From: Candidatus Omnitrophota bacterium
GTDB taxonomy: Bacteria > Omnitrophota > Gorgyraeia > Ghiorseimicrobiales > Ghiorseimicrobiaceae
Length of the DNA stretch: 64,000 nt
Assembly: GCA_030681595.1 (NCBI GenBank)
Contig: JAUXSB010000014.1
Location: 23,942-87,941 of the forward strand
Direction: 5' to 3'
Shown: piece after piece, positions 52,686 to 62,452 of the stretch
How positions within the stretch are numbered: the first letter of the stretch is position 1
Layout: each line of letters opens with the position of its first letter
Program-made: the position numbers and the translations under genes
The notes under the pieces: model-generated
The model's input: only the letters and a program-made list of their open reading frames with translations
Told to the model about the DNA's origin: nothing
Databases searched by the model: none

Positions 52686-52934
52686 TATTTATCCTTTCAA
52701 TGAGCGCATAACTTACGAATACACAGTATGAGTAAGTTATTTGCGCGAATTGATGCCGAAAGCTACGGGAAAATTTAGTATAAATTTTCGCAGTGTTTTG
52801 CTTTCGGCGCAATGCATAACTTACGAATACACAGTATGAGTAAGTTATTTGCGCGAATTAATCCCGATAGCTACAAGAAAATTTAGTATAAATTTTCGCA
52901 GTGTTTTGCTATCGGGGCCAATTAAATATTCCTG
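52686..52934 (-). promoter_or_regulatory. Two tandem copies of a two-hairpin leader module immediately upstream of the NIL gene start
   Basis: Each copy: hairpin ataacttac-N15-gtaagttat, then GC-clamped stem (gccgaaagc/gctttcggc in copy 1, cccgatagc/gctatcggg in copy 2) enclosing AT palindrome gaaaatttagtataaattttc; ends in the Shine-Dalgarno context of the gene. Confidence 0.55.
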
Positions 52935-53750
52935 TTATTCCATCTCTTCTTTTATCTGACAAGCCTGCTGTTCATAATCTACTAACTTAGTAATCGTAGG
53001 GTGATCCGAGCAAACCGCGCAGTCATTATCTTTGGGCACCTTGACTGTGCGAAAAGTTGAGGTAAGCGCGTCAAAGATAAGCAGCCTCCCTGTTAATAAT
53101 TCCCCGATACCCAAGATAAATTTTAAAACCTCATTTGCCTGCAATACCCCCAGGATACCGGCTACCGCGCCCAATATACCCCCTTCCTGGCAAGAAGGCA
53201 CTGCTCCCGGAGGGGGCGGTTCAGGGAAAAGGCAACGATAACACGGCCCGGCCTTCGGTAATATAGTCATAATCTGGCCGTCAAACCTGAAAATTCCCGC
53301 ATGCACAAGCGGCTTTTTAGTCATCACGCAGGCATCGTTTACCAAAAAACGGGTAGGAAAATTATCGGTTCCGTCTACGACTATATCATAATTTTTAAGT
53401 AAAGCTAAAATATTTTCTGAATTTATCCTAAGGTTATAAGCATCAACTTTTACATCCGGGTTAAGCTCGGAAAGCCGCCTTCTGCCTGATTCTGCCTTAG
53501 GCATCCCCACACTAGGAGTGCTATGAATAATCTGGCGTTGCAAATTATTCACTTCAACTTTATCGGAATCCACCAAACCAATCCTACCTACGCCAGCCGC
53601 CGCCAAATAAAGGGCGCTTGGAGCGCCTAAACCGCCTGTGCCGATAATCAGCACTTTAGCATTTAAGAGTTTCTCCTGCCCCTTTCCGCCCACTTGCGGA
53701 AGGATAATCTGGCGTGAGTAGCGCTCAATCTGTAAATCATTTAAACTCAT
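52935..53750 (-). CDS. ThiF/MoeB-family E1-like adenylyltransferase
   Basis: GTGGLGAP nucleotide-binding motif, zinc-binding CYRC and CAVC pairs; no rhodanese domain. Confidence 0.85.
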   Translation of the reverse strand: MSLNDLQIERYSRQIILPQVGGKGQEKLLNAKVLIIGTGGLGAPSALYLAAAGVGRIGLVDSDKVEVNNLQRQIIHSTPSVGMPKAESGRRRLSELNPDVKVDAYNLRINSENILALLKNYDIVVDGTDNFPTRFLVNDACVMTKKPLVHAGIFRFDGQIMTILPKAGPCYRCLFPEPPPPGAVPSCQEGGILGAVAGILGVLQANEVLKFILGIGELLTGRLLIFDALTSTFRTVKVPKDNDCAVCSDHPTITKLVDYEQQACQIKEEME

Positions 53751-54031
53751 TATTCTGAACCTCCGGCTATAGCAGGGATAATTGATACTTCATCATTATT
53801 TTTCAATTCTGTGTCATATCCTTTTAAAAAACGGATATCTTCGTTGTTGACATAAAAGTTAATGAAACGGCGGATTTTACCGTTTTCGTCGCAAATCCTT
53901 GCTTTTACCCCGGGGAAACGTTTTTCCAGATCATCCACCAGTTCATTAATATTACCTGCTTCAACTTCTACCTCTACCTTATTCTGCGTCAATTTCTGCA
54001 GGGGTGCCGGGATTCTCACTTTTATAGACAT
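53750..54031 (-). CDS. ThiS/MoaD-like sulfur-carrier protein with 2-residue extension beyond Gly-Gly (..IAGGSE)
   Basis: 93-aa protein ending AGG-SE; stop overlaps the ThiF/MoeB start. Confidence 0.65.
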   Translation of the reverse strand: MSIKVRIPAPLQKLTQNKVEVEVEAGNINELVDDLEKRFPGVKARICDENGKIRRFINFYVNNEDIRFLKGYDTELKNNDEVSIIPAIAGGSE

Positions 54032-54268
54032 ATTTTTATCCTTTCAATGAGCGCATAACTTACGAATACACAGTATGAGTAAGTTATTTGCGCGAATTGA
54101 TGCCGAAAGCTACGAGAAAATTTACAATAAATTTTCGAGCGTTTTGCTTTCGGCGCAATGCATAACTTACGAATACACAGTATGAGTAAGTTATTTGCGC
54201 GAATTGATGCCAAAGCCTACGCAATCCCGAAATTTCAGGACAAGCGTTTAGGCAAGGGGCGCTACCAT
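54032..54268 (-). promoter_or_regulatory. Leader module (one full copy plus a partial second copy) immediately upstream of the sulfur-carrier gene
   Basis: Same ataacttac/gtaagttat hairpin and gccgaaagc/gctttcggc stem around palindrome gaaaatttacaataaattttc. Confidence 0.55.
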
Positions 54269-55522
54269 TTAAATTGAATAATGATCGGCCGTCGGACGCT
54301 TCTTTTGTTCTTCTTCAAAAGAACCTAAACTCGGCTTTATTTTTAACGGCTTTGCCAACTTATCGGCCACCACTTCCTGCGTTTTTAAACCGTTTCCGGT
54401 AATACATATTACGATTGACTCATCCTTTGGGATACGCTTCTCTTTTATAAACTTTATCGTTGCCGCAACCGTAACTCCTCCGGCAGTCTCAGTAAATATG
54501 CCTTCGGTCTCAGCCAATAATTTAATCGCATTAATAATTTCGTCATCGCTTGCCGCCTCTGCCCAGCCGCCGGACTTTTTCACTACATCATAGGCATAAA
54601 AACCGTCAGCAGGATTTCCTATGGCTAAAGACTTGGCGATTGTTTTTGGCTTAACCGGCTTAATGATTTCATTATCTTCTTTTATCGCGGTAACTATAGG
54701 AGCGCAGCCCTCGCCTTGCGCCACATAAAGTTTTGTTTTAAATTCAGGAATTAAGCCTAATTGATAAAATTCCTGCAGCGATTTTTTAATTTTGGTAACC
54801 AGAGAACCTCCTGCCGCAGGCACAATTATATGCTTAGGCGCGCGCCATCCTAATTGCTCGGCAATCTCAAAACCGTAGGTCTTTGAACCTTCGGCATAAT
54901 ATGGGCGTATGTTGATATTTACAAATGCCCACTTATATTTAGCGGCAATCTCGGAACACAGGCGGTTTACTTCGTCATAATTCCCTTCAACCTTTACTAG
55001 CACCGGATTATAAATTGATGAGGCGATAATTTTGCCTTGCTCTAAATCCGCCGGGATAAAAATAAAAGCGCGCAGCCCCGCGATAGCGGCATTTGCCGCA
55101 ACAGAATTAGCCAAATTTCCTGTTGAGGCACAGGCAACCGTGCGGAAACCGAATTCTTTAGCCTTTGAAAGAGCAACCGCCACAACCCGGTCTTTAAAAG
55201 AAAGGGTGGGATGATTTACCGAATCATCTTTTATGTAAAGCTCTTTTACGCCTAAAACTTTAGCTAAATTATGCGACCGGACGAGCGGAGTAAATCCGGT
55301 TGTTAAGCCATCACTCGGCTCTTTAGAAAGCGGCAATAACTCCTTATACCTCCACATATTCTTGGGGCGTTTCTCTATTTCCTGGCGCGTAAGCACCTTT
55401 TTAATCTTATCGTAATCATAAGCTACTTCTATTGAACCAAAACAATACTCGCAGACAAATAATATATTTGCCGGGTATTCCCGCCCGCATTCGCGGCATT
55501 TTAGGCCTTTTACGTAAGACAT
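54269..55522 (-). CDS. Threonine synthase-family PLP enzyme with N-terminal zinc ribbon (function in this context uncertain)
   Basis: CRECG...CEYC ribbon; PLP-lysine motif PTLSFKDR; 417 aa. Confidence 0.75.
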   Translation of the reverse strand: MSYVKGLKCRECGREYPANILFVCEYCFGSIEVAYDYDKIKKVLTRQEIEKRPKNMWRYKELLPLSKEPSDGLTTGFTPLVRSHNLAKVLGVKELYIKDDSVNHPTLSFKDRVVAVALSKAKEFGFRTVACASTGNLANSVAANAAIAGLRAFIFIPADLEQGKIIASSIYNPVLVKVEGNYDEVNRLCSEIAAKYKWAFVNINIRPYYAEGSKTYGFEIAEQLGWRAPKHIIVPAAGGSLVTKIKKSLQEFYQLGLIPEFKTKLYVAQGEGCAPIVTAIKEDNEIIKPVKPKTIAKSLAIGNPADGFYAYDVVKKSGGWAEAASDDEIINAIKLLAETEGIFTETAGGVTVAATIKFIKEKRIPKDESIVICITGNGLKTQEVVADKLAKPLKIKPSLGSFEEEQKKRPTADHYSI

Positions 55523-55526
55523 ATCC

Positions 55527-57869
55527 TTACCCTTTCTTAATCAGAATCCTGTAAAACTTACCTTCTTGTTTTACGCTTAATACCTGGTGGCCGTCATTCT
55601 TTAGGCTCTCAGGCACATTCCTTATCGGCTCCCCTTCGTCAAGAATTACCTCTAATATATCACCGGTATCTAAATCTTCCAAGGCCAGCTTCGCCTTGAT
55701 ATAATTTATCGGACAAGGGGTGCCTTTTAAATCCATAATTCGCTTTGGCGCCTCATTATTTTTTAAAGAAGGTTTTGATTCACCTGCGCAATTAGGGAAA
55801 CTAAACGATGGATCCATGCTTTTATATAGCTCATTTATATGAGCAGTAAACTTCCCGGCATAAAGGAATTTCTCTTTTTTCTGTTCCGCATTAAGCTTAT
55901 CATTTATAGCCTTAAAAACATTTTCTATATCGGCATATTCGTCTGAAGCGATTTTTGCATCAACAAATTTTTTCTTAAACTCCGATACCGCATCCTCCGG
56001 ATTATATGGATCTACGCCCTTGACTATTAAAAGGGCGCGGGAGGCGCTAAAAAATGCCTTCTTTATTTTTTCAATATCATAAGATTTTTTTTCTGCCTCC
56101 TCTATCGCAATCTTAGCATCGGCTAAATCCGCCTCAATCATATCAATAACCCCGGCGCCACATTCGCCTGTACCCAGGCCGGATAAAGAAAAATCATCTT
56201 CTCTGCCCCAGTCAACATAAAAATTACGGCCTTCTAAATAAGACGGCATATAGGCATGCCTGGCCAAAAGTTCCTTGGCAATGACTACCGCCTCAGCCTC
56301 CAGGAATTCATAAATATCAATGCTTTCCCGGAATTTTTCTTCCACCTTATTTAAGAATTCTTCTAAAAAAAGCGGGGCATTTTTTGCCGCAATCATACCC
56401 GCCTCTTTGGCCAAAGCCGTCTTCTCCGCTTCCCTTCTGCCGCCCAAAAGTACTTTGTAAAATGGCACCGGGCGGTTATCTACTCTCTTTGCCGCGCCAA
56501 CAAAAGAAATCTTGCCTATGGGATGCTGACCGCAGGAATTAGGGCAACCGTTTAATTTTATATCCAGCCTCTTAAATACCTCTTTACCGATAAAGCGTGC
56601 CTTAATCATTTCTTCTATCTTGCGGGAAAGCGCCGGTGAATTACATAAACCCAGGTTACAGGTTGTCGCTCCCTTACAGACAGTTACGTCCAGAAGCGTA
56701 TCGGGATATAAAAAATCCTGTAAAATATTTTTTATTTTTAGAAAAATATCAAAGAGGCAGCTATTCTCAACCCAAGCGATAGCAATATCCTGGCTCTGCA
56801 GGGCGCGGAATTCGATATCCTTAAAATCGCCTTCTAAGCCGGCAAGTGCTGCCAGTTCTTCTGCTTTAATATCGCCCTGCGGGATACGCAGTAGAATACA
56901 GGAGTACCCTTTTTGGCGCTGAGGCCTTATATTATACCTCAAAAAATCCCTGTATTGCTTATCTTCTTTTACGGGGATTTCTGAATTTATCTCTTGCATG
57001 GAAAACGCCTGTATATCTTTTAACGCGATATGCTCTGCGTCTTTAACCGCCTTAAACTCGCTTAAATATAATTTTTTAAATTCATCTAGCCCCATTTTTT
57101 CAACCAGAAACCGCAAGCGGTTGTGATGCCGGTCTTTTCTGTCGCCGTTTTTGTAAAAAACATTTTTTAAAGCAGTTACGCAATAACCTAATTCGCTCTC
57201 GGGGATGAATTCTTCCAAAAGCTTCCCTATCCGCGAGCTTGCCCCCAAGCCTCCGCCGACAAAAATTTTAAAACCTTTTTTCCCGCCACGGATATCAGCA
57301 AGTAAGCCGACGTCATTTATCAATATGCCGCTGCAATCTTTAACGCATCCTGAAAACGTAATTTTAAACTTGCGCGGCAGCATAAAAGAACTTTCCTGCC
57401 GTAAAAAATATTCGGTCAGGGCAATGGCATTGGCCCTTACATCAAATACCTCATCTTTACATATTCCGCTAAATGGGCAAGCAGTAATATTCCTCAAAGT
57501 ATTTCCTCCTCCGCCGCGCGGCGAAAGGCCGTAGTCTTGCAGGTAATCAATAACTTTAAACGTATCTTCTAATTTTATATTGTGTATCTGAATATCCTGC
57601 CGTGTCGTTATGTGCAAGCGCCCGTCGCCGTATTTTTTAGCCGCCTCTGCTAATGCCTTTAACTGCGCGGTATTAACTGCGCCGGCAGGGATTCGTATCC
57701 GGCTCATAAATGCTTTTCCCCCGCGGTGCGAATATACACCCCATGGCACACGCACGCCCTTAAAACGCGCATCAGGAATTTTATCTGCTAAAAATTCCTC
57801 CAGGGAACGCCGGTAATTTTCCGCATCCTTTTTTACTTCTTCCGGTAAATTAAATAAATTATAATTCAA
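55527..57869 (-). CDS. Siroheme/[4Fe-4S] sulfite (or nitrite) reductase fused to a C-terminal TusA-like domain
   Basis: Two reductase half-domains with CxxxxC and NGCPNSC cysteine motifs; C-terminal about 70 aa ([35 protein letters not shown]...) has the TusA/SirA-like two-layered fold signature. Confidence 0.75.
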   Translation of the reverse strand: MNYNLFNLPEEVKKDAENYRRSLEEFLADKIPDARFKGVRVPWGVYSHRGGKAFMSRIRIPAGAVNTAQLKALAEAAKKYGDGRLHITTRQDIQIHNIKLEDTFKVIDYLQDYGLSPRGGGGNTLRNITACPFSGICKDEVFDVRANAIALTEYFLRQESSFMLPRKFKITFSGCVKDCSGILINDVGLLADIRGGKKGFKIFVGGGLGASSRIGKLLEEFIPESELGYCVTALKNVFYKNGDRKDRHHNRLRFLVEKMGLDEFKKLYLSEFKAVKDAEHIALKDIQAFSMQEINSEIPVKEDKQYRDFLRYNIRPQRQKGYSCILLRIPQGDIKAEELAALAGLEGDFKDIEFRALQSQDIAIAWVENSCLFDIFLKIKNILQDFLYPDTLLDVTVCKGATTCNLGLCNSPALSRKIEEMIKARFIGKEVFKRLDIKLNGCPNSCGQHPIGKISFVGAAKRVDNRPVPFYKVLLGGRREAEKTALAKEAGMIAAKNAPLFLEEFLNKVEEKFRESIDIYEFLEAEAVVIAKELLARHAYMPSYLEGRNFYVDWGREDDFSLSGLGTGECGAGVIDMIEADLADAKIAIEEAEKKSYDIEKIKKAFFSASRALLIVKGVDPYNPEDAVSEFKKKFVDAKIASDEYADIENVFKAINDKLNAEQKKEKFLYAGKFTAHINELYKSMDPSFSFPNCAGESKPSLKNNEAPKRIMDLKGTPCPINYIKAKLALEDLDTGDILEVILDEGEPIRNVPESLKNDGHQVLSVKQEGKFYRILIKKG

Positions 57870-58788
57870 AGTACTGCTCCATACTGAAATAGCGCTCGCC
57901 CGTATCGGGAAATACCGTAACTACTTTTTTCCCTTTGCCTAATGCGCCTGCCACTTTTAATGCCGCCCAACAGGCAGCGCCGCTGGATATACCCACAAAC
58001 AACGACTCTTCCTTACATAATCTTTTAGAGGTAAAGAAAGCATCATTATCGCTGACTTGAATGATTTCGTCAATAATTTCCCTGTTTAAGACTTTGGGGA
58101 TAAACCCTGCGCCTATGCCTTGTATCTTATGCGGGCCGGGCTTTCCACCGGATAAAACCGGCGAATTTACCGGCTCAACCGCTACAATCTTAACCCGCGG
58201 ATTTTTCTCTTTTAGTACCTCGCCTACGCCTGTGATTGTGCCGCCAGTACCAACGCCGGAAACAAAGGCATCTATCTTTCCGCCTGCCTCTTCTAAAATT
58301 TCAAGCGCGGTCGTACGGCGGTGCACCTCGGGGTTTGCCGGATTATTAAACTGCTGAGGCATAAAGGCACCGGGAGTATTACACACTAACTCTTCGGCAT
58401 ACCTTACTGCCCCGCTCATTCCTTCGATTCCGGGAGTCAAAACTATCTCCGCACCGTAGGATTTTAAAATATGCCTCCTCTCTAAACTCATTGTTTCAGG
58501 CATGGTTAAAATTACCTTATACCCCTTAACCGCTCCGATCATACTTAAGCCGATACCGGTATTTCCACTGGTAGGCTCAATAATAACCGACCCGGGCTTA
58601 AGCAAGCCTTTCTTTTCGGCATCTTCAACCATGGCAAGGCAAATCCTGTCTTTGACCGAGCCGCCGGGATTGGCAGATTCAAGTTTTGCAAAAATTTCTG
58701 CCGAATTAACCTCCGGCATCTTTCTTAATTTTACTAAAGGGGTATTTCCGATTAACTGCGCAACACTTTCTACAGTTATTCTAGGCAT
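57859..58788 (-). CDS. cysM: Cysteine synthase (CysM/CysK family, PLP-dependent)
   Basis: SVKDR PLP-lysine motif, GTGGT motif; probable start MPRITVES, 4 nt after the carrier stop. Confidence 0.85.
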   Translation of the reverse strand: MPRITVESVAQLIGNTPLVKLRKMPEVNSAEIFAKLESANPGGSVKDRICLAMVEDAEKKGLLKPGSVIIEPTSGNTGIGLSMIGAVKGYKVILTMPETMSLERRHILKSYGAEIVLTPGIEGMSGAVRYAEELVCNTPGAFMPQQFNNPANPEVHRRTTALEILEEAGGKIDAFVSGVGTGGTITGVGEVLKEKNPRVKIVAVEPVNSPVLSGGKPGPHKIQGIGAGFIPKVLNREIIDEIIQVSDNDAFFTSKRLCKEESLFVGISSGAACWAALKVAGALGKGKKVVTVFPDTGERYFSMEQYFEL

Positions 58789-58792
58789 AGCC

Positions 58793-59026
58793 TCACCTCT
58801 TAAAATAAAAATTCCGGCGGATTGAGCCACCACCCATAAAATAGACAAACTCTAACCTGTCGCCTTCTTTTATTGCCACTGAGCCGTAATCTTTTCTTTC
58901 TATGATATTGTCGTTTAATTCTATTGTCACTACTTCCGGACGGATGTTTTTACGTTTTAATAACTCCGCAATACTTATATTTTTATCCAGCACCTCTTTT
59001 TTGCCGTTAATGGTAATATCTGCCAT
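58793..59026 (-). CDS. ThiS/MoaD/CysO-like sulfur-carrier protein with about 10-residue extension after Gly-Gly (..[15 protein letters not shown])
   Basis: 77-aa beta-grasp-sized protein; lies between JAMM and CysM as in the mec-cysO-cysM arrangement. Confidence 0.6.
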   Translation of the reverse strand: MADITINGKKEVLDKNISIAELLKRKNIRPEVVTIELNDNIIERKDYGSVAIKEGDRLEFVYFMGGGSIRRNFYFKR

Positions 59027-59038
59027 GTTTTTCTCCCT

Positions 59039-59482
59039 TTAATTCCTGATACTTACCTCGGTTACATTATTTTCTGCGATTCTAAACGCGCGGATTTGCG
59101 GGTTAAATTTATCCGCCAGAGATACTATAACATAAAAACTTTCCGGATAAAATGCTAATTCCAGATCCTTTGCCGAAGGATATGCCGGGCTTTCCGTATG
59201 CGAATGATAAATCGCCACCAAATCCAATTCTTGCGCCCGGAGTTCCTTAAAAATCTTTAGCTGCTCCTTGGGATCTATAAGGTAGCAGAATTCCGGCTTA
59301 TCTGAAATATTTACTAAAGGATAAACCGAGGCTGCCTTAGCGGCCTTGCCTGCCAAAATCCCGCAGGCCTCTTTGGGGTAATTTTTTTGGCAGTCAGCAA
59401 TTATCTTATCCTGAATATCTTTTGCGATAAAAATCTTCTCTATTTTATTATTCATATGCCGTGCTGGCTCCTTCGCCAACAA
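59039..59482 (-). CDS. JAMM/MPN+ metalloprotease (Mec-like)
   Basis: E...HSHTESPAYPSAKD matches the JAMM zinc motif (HxH-x7-S-xx-D). Confidence 0.8.
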   Translation of the reverse strand: MLAKEPARHMNNKIEKIFIAKDIQDKIIADCQKNYPKEACGILAGKAAKAASVYPLVNISDKPEFCYLIDPKEQLKIFKELRAQELDLVAIYHSHTESPAYPSAKDLELAFYPESFYVIVSLADKFNPQIRAFRIAENNVTEVSIRN

Positions 59483-59551
59483 ATAATCAGTGTAATCTTT
59501 TTTCTGCCGGAGGCGGATCCGCCTTTGGCAGAAATCTGTGTAATCGCTTTT

Positions 59552-60487
59552 TTACGCCTCAAAATACTGTTGCACTGAAAAATACCTCTCTCCCGTATCC
59601 GGAAATATTGTTAATACGGTTTTATTCTTGCCTAATTCATTAGCGATAGAGAGTGCTGCAAATCCTGCCGCCCCCGCGGATATGCCGACAAACAAACCTT
59701 CTCTTTTAGCCAATTGTTTGGCGGTATTAAAGGCATCGCTATCAGAAACCGGGATTATCTTATCAATAATTTTGGTATTAAGGATATCCGGCACAAACCC
59801 CACGCCGATACCCTGTATCTTATGCGGGCCTGCCTTATGCCCCGATAATACAGCGCAGGTTTTAGGCTCAACCGCAACTATTTTAATCTCCGGATTATAC
59901 TTTTTCAAAATTTCGCCTACCCCGGTAATAGTTCCTCCGGTACCAACACCAGCAACAAAGGCATCTAAATTACCGCGGGTAACTTTCAATATTTCTTCCG
60001 CGGTTGTCTTGCGGTGTATTTCTGGATTAGCGGAATTTTTAAATTGTTGCGGCATAAAGCTATTATCGGTTTTCCTCAATAACTCTTCTGCCTTATCAAT
60101 CGCCCCCTGCATCCCCTTAAAATTAGGCGTCAATACTACCTCAGCGTCATATGACTTAAGGATATAGACTCTTTCTAAGCTCATCGCCTCCGGCATAACA
60201 ATGATACAACGATAGCCTCTTACCGCGCAAATCATCGCTAGGCCTATTCCGGTATTACCGCTGGTTGGCTCAATAATAGTATGGCCGGGCTTAAGCAGGC
60301 CTTTCTTTTCGGCATCCTCAATCATCGAAAGGCAAACCCTGTCCTTTACGCTCCCGCCGGGATTAAACATCTCTAACTTTGCCAAAACTAAAGCCGAATC
60401 TTTTCCTGTGATATGGTTTAACTTTACTACAGGCGTATTATAGATTAATTCCGTAATATCGTTGGCAACTCTATCTGAAAACGGCAT
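59552..60487 (-). CDS. cysK: Cysteine synthase (CysK/CysM family), second copy
   Basis: SVKDR and GTGGT motifs; clearly homologous to 57859..58788. Confidence 0.85.
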   Translation of the reverse strand: MPFSDRVANDITELIYNTPVVKLNHITGKDSALVLAKLEMFNPGGSVKDRVCLSMIEDAEKKGLLKPGHTIIEPTSGNTGIGLAMICAVRGYRCIIVMPEAMSLERVYILKSYDAEVVLTPNFKGMQGAIDKAEELLRKTDNSFMPQQFKNSANPEIHRKTTAEEILKVTRGNLDAFVAGVGTGGTITGVGEILKKYNPEIKIVAVEPKTCAVLSGHKAGPHKIQGIGVGFVPDILNTKIIDKIIPVSDSDAFNTAKQLAKREGLFVGISAGAAGFAALSIANELGKNKTVLTIFPDTGERYFSVQQYFEA

Positions 60488-60503
60488 GGCTATCCTCCTA
60501 AAC

Positions 60504-61472
60504 CTATCGTTTAAATACTAATAATAAAAAATAAGAAAGTAAAACTGACAATAAAGGCGTAATCGCCCAAACAAAAAATGTCTTTTTGGTTATGTGGCTA
60601 CCTAATGTGTGGCGATGGCCATTTTTTAAACAACTAATCGCGAAAATCGCGGCAAGGTTTAACTGCACCAGCGACTGAGGAATTCCTAAAAAAGAAGCAA
60701 AAATAAGCAGGGTTGCCGTAACAAAAGAAACCAAGGTGCTTGAGACCAATCCCAACGGCACAATCTCTTTACCTGCGGTTTCAAGCGGCCCCTTTCCTAA
60801 AATACCGGCACCCACACCAAATAAAGGCGAAATCAAAAACAACCCCAAGTTTACGCTTATAAGCCCCGCGCCAAATAACGGCCCAACCGCGTTCGCCACA
60901 TTATTTGAACCAATAGCAAAAGCAACATAACAACTTGCCACTAAACTAGCTAACCTTATCTTTTTTTCATTAGAAAATATCTTCTGATAAATATGCAAGT
61001 TATCATGCTCAGGCGGATAAATATTCCTATATAATAAAAAAGTTAAGATATAAGAAGCTAGGGGCAAAATAACCCACATCGGTAGTATCTTTACAGACAA
61101 AGTAGCAAGATTAAGATGTTTAAAATATAGCCCCGCGCCGACAATAGCGCCTACTGTAACCTGGCTCGTGGACTGAGGAATCTTTAAAATATTAGCCAGA
61201 AAAAGGCTTAAAGCCGCAGAAATAAGAACTATTAAAGCTACATCAAAACTTATAAATTCGCTGGGTATTAAATTCTTGCCTAAAGTCAGAGAAACATTCC
61301 TGCCCAACAGAGAAGCGCCCAAAATAACAAAAATCCCAAATAAAATCAGGGCCTTATTTTTTCTTATTAATTTTCCGCCGTAAGCCGCCGCAAAAGAGGG
61401 TGCGATACCGCTGCCTCCCATATTTACGGCAAAAAATATTACAACTAGGATTAAAATAAGAGTTCCAGCCAA
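60504..61472 (-). CDS. PiT-family inorganic anion permease (candidate sulfate permease)
   Basis: Multi-TM protein with duplicated G(S/A)N(N/D)VANA-type motifs (NMGGSGIAPSFAAA; AIGSNNVANAVGPL). Confidence 0.7.
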   Translation of the reverse strand: MAGTLILILVVIFFAVNMGGSGIAPSFAAAYGGKLIRKNKALILFGIFVILGASLLGRNVSLTLGKNLIPSEFISFDVALIVLISAALSLFLANILKIPQSTSQVTVGAIVGAGLYFKHLNLATLSVKILPMWVILPLASYILTFLLYRNIYPPEHDNLHIYQKIFSNEKKIRLASLVASCYVAFAIGSNNVANAVGPLFGAGLISVNLGLFLISPLFGVGAGILGKGPLETAGKEIVPLGLVSSTLVSFVTATLLIFASFLGIPQSLVQLNLAAIFAISCLKNGHRHTLGSHITKKTFFVWAITPLLSVLLSYFLLLVFKR

Positions 61473-61487
61473 TTTATTCTCTCCTGG

Positions 61488-62213
61488 TTAAATTCCCGCG
61501 CCCTGGGTGTTTGTCTTAAGCGGCCGGGTGTGTATGCCGCATTCGCCACCGCATTTTGAAGTGCCTATCCAGCGGCCGGAACGCTCGTTTTCATCGCTTG
61601 AAATATGTGTGCATGGTGCGCATCCCAATGAACGGTATCCCGCCGCGTAAAGCGGGTTAACAAGGACTTGATATAAAGCCAAGTACTGCCAAACTTCGCG
61701 CTCTTTCCAGATTAATATAGGATTAAGCTTAACTAACCCCTTATCCCTTTCCTCCACTTCCTTATAGTCAGTGCGGGTCCTGCCTTCGGTGCAGCGTAGC
61801 CCCGTTACCCAACATGTTACATGCATTTCTTCTACAGCACGCTTTACCGGCTCAACCTTAAGTATATCGCAGCATTTATCCGGATCGGTTTTATAAAGGT
61901 CATTTGAAATTTGGGCATGGCTTTCATAAACTTTTAATTCCGGATAACGGGCCACGGCTTCATGCATAAACTTTTTGGTCTCCGCCGGCTTAAATCTGGT
62001 AGTAACAATAAACCCCTTTATCTTCGGGTTTACCTTTTTGGCTAAATCCCAGACTGCTACCGAATCCTTACCTAAACTGTTTGCTACGACTAAACCATCC
62101 TTATACTTTTTATAAGCCTCTTCGATAAGCGCAAGCGACCTATCTACTTTCTCTTTAAAGTTTAGCTTCTCCACCAATTCCTTTAAATCATCCTTGTTGT
62201 TTAATAAACTCAT
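61488..62213 (-). CDS. cysH: APS/PAPS reductase-family protein (with CC...CxxC cysteine signature)
   Basis: PP-loop-like SLGKDS, C-terminal ECGIH motif, Cys pairs (KCC, CAPC); probable start MSLLNNK, since the ORF-track N-terminus runs through the leader repeat. Confidence 0.8.
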   Translation of the reverse strand: MSLLNNKDDLKELVEKLNFKEKVDRSLALIEEAYKKYKDGLVVANSLGKDSVAVWDLAKKVNPKIKGFIVTTRFKPAETKKFMHEAVARYPELKVYESHAQISNDLYKTDPDKCCDILKVEPVKRAVEEMHVTCWVTGLRCTEGRTRTDYKEVEERDKGLVKLNPILIWKEREVWQYLALYQVLVNPLYAAGYRSLGCAPCTHISSDENERSGRWIGTSKCGGECGIHTRPLKTNTQGAGI

Positions 62214-62370
62214 TTTACTTTTCCTTTCAATGAGCGCATAACTTACGAATACAGAGTATGAGTAAGTTATTTGCGCGAATTGATGCCGAAAGCTACGAGA
62301 AAATTTACAATAAATTTTCGAGCGTTTTGCTTTCGGCGCAATGCATAATCCCGAAGCTTCGGGATTACAG
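62214..62370 (-). promoter_or_regulatory. Leader module upstream of cysH, followed by the atcccgaagcttcgggat palindrome
   Basis: Same two-hairpin architecture and Shine-Dalgarno context as at 52686 and 54032. Confidence 0.55.
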
Positions 62371-62452
62371 AGGTACGCAAAACTAATGGAATTTCGTATG
62401 CGAAGAGGTTCCATTGGCTTTACGTTTCTCAATAGTATAGGCGAACACGCAT

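Noticed and set aside
52686-52934. SAM (S-box) riboswitch as the identity of the sulfur-operon leaders
   Set aside because: The sequence does not resemble the S-box consensus as I recall it; left as an unclassified structured leader.
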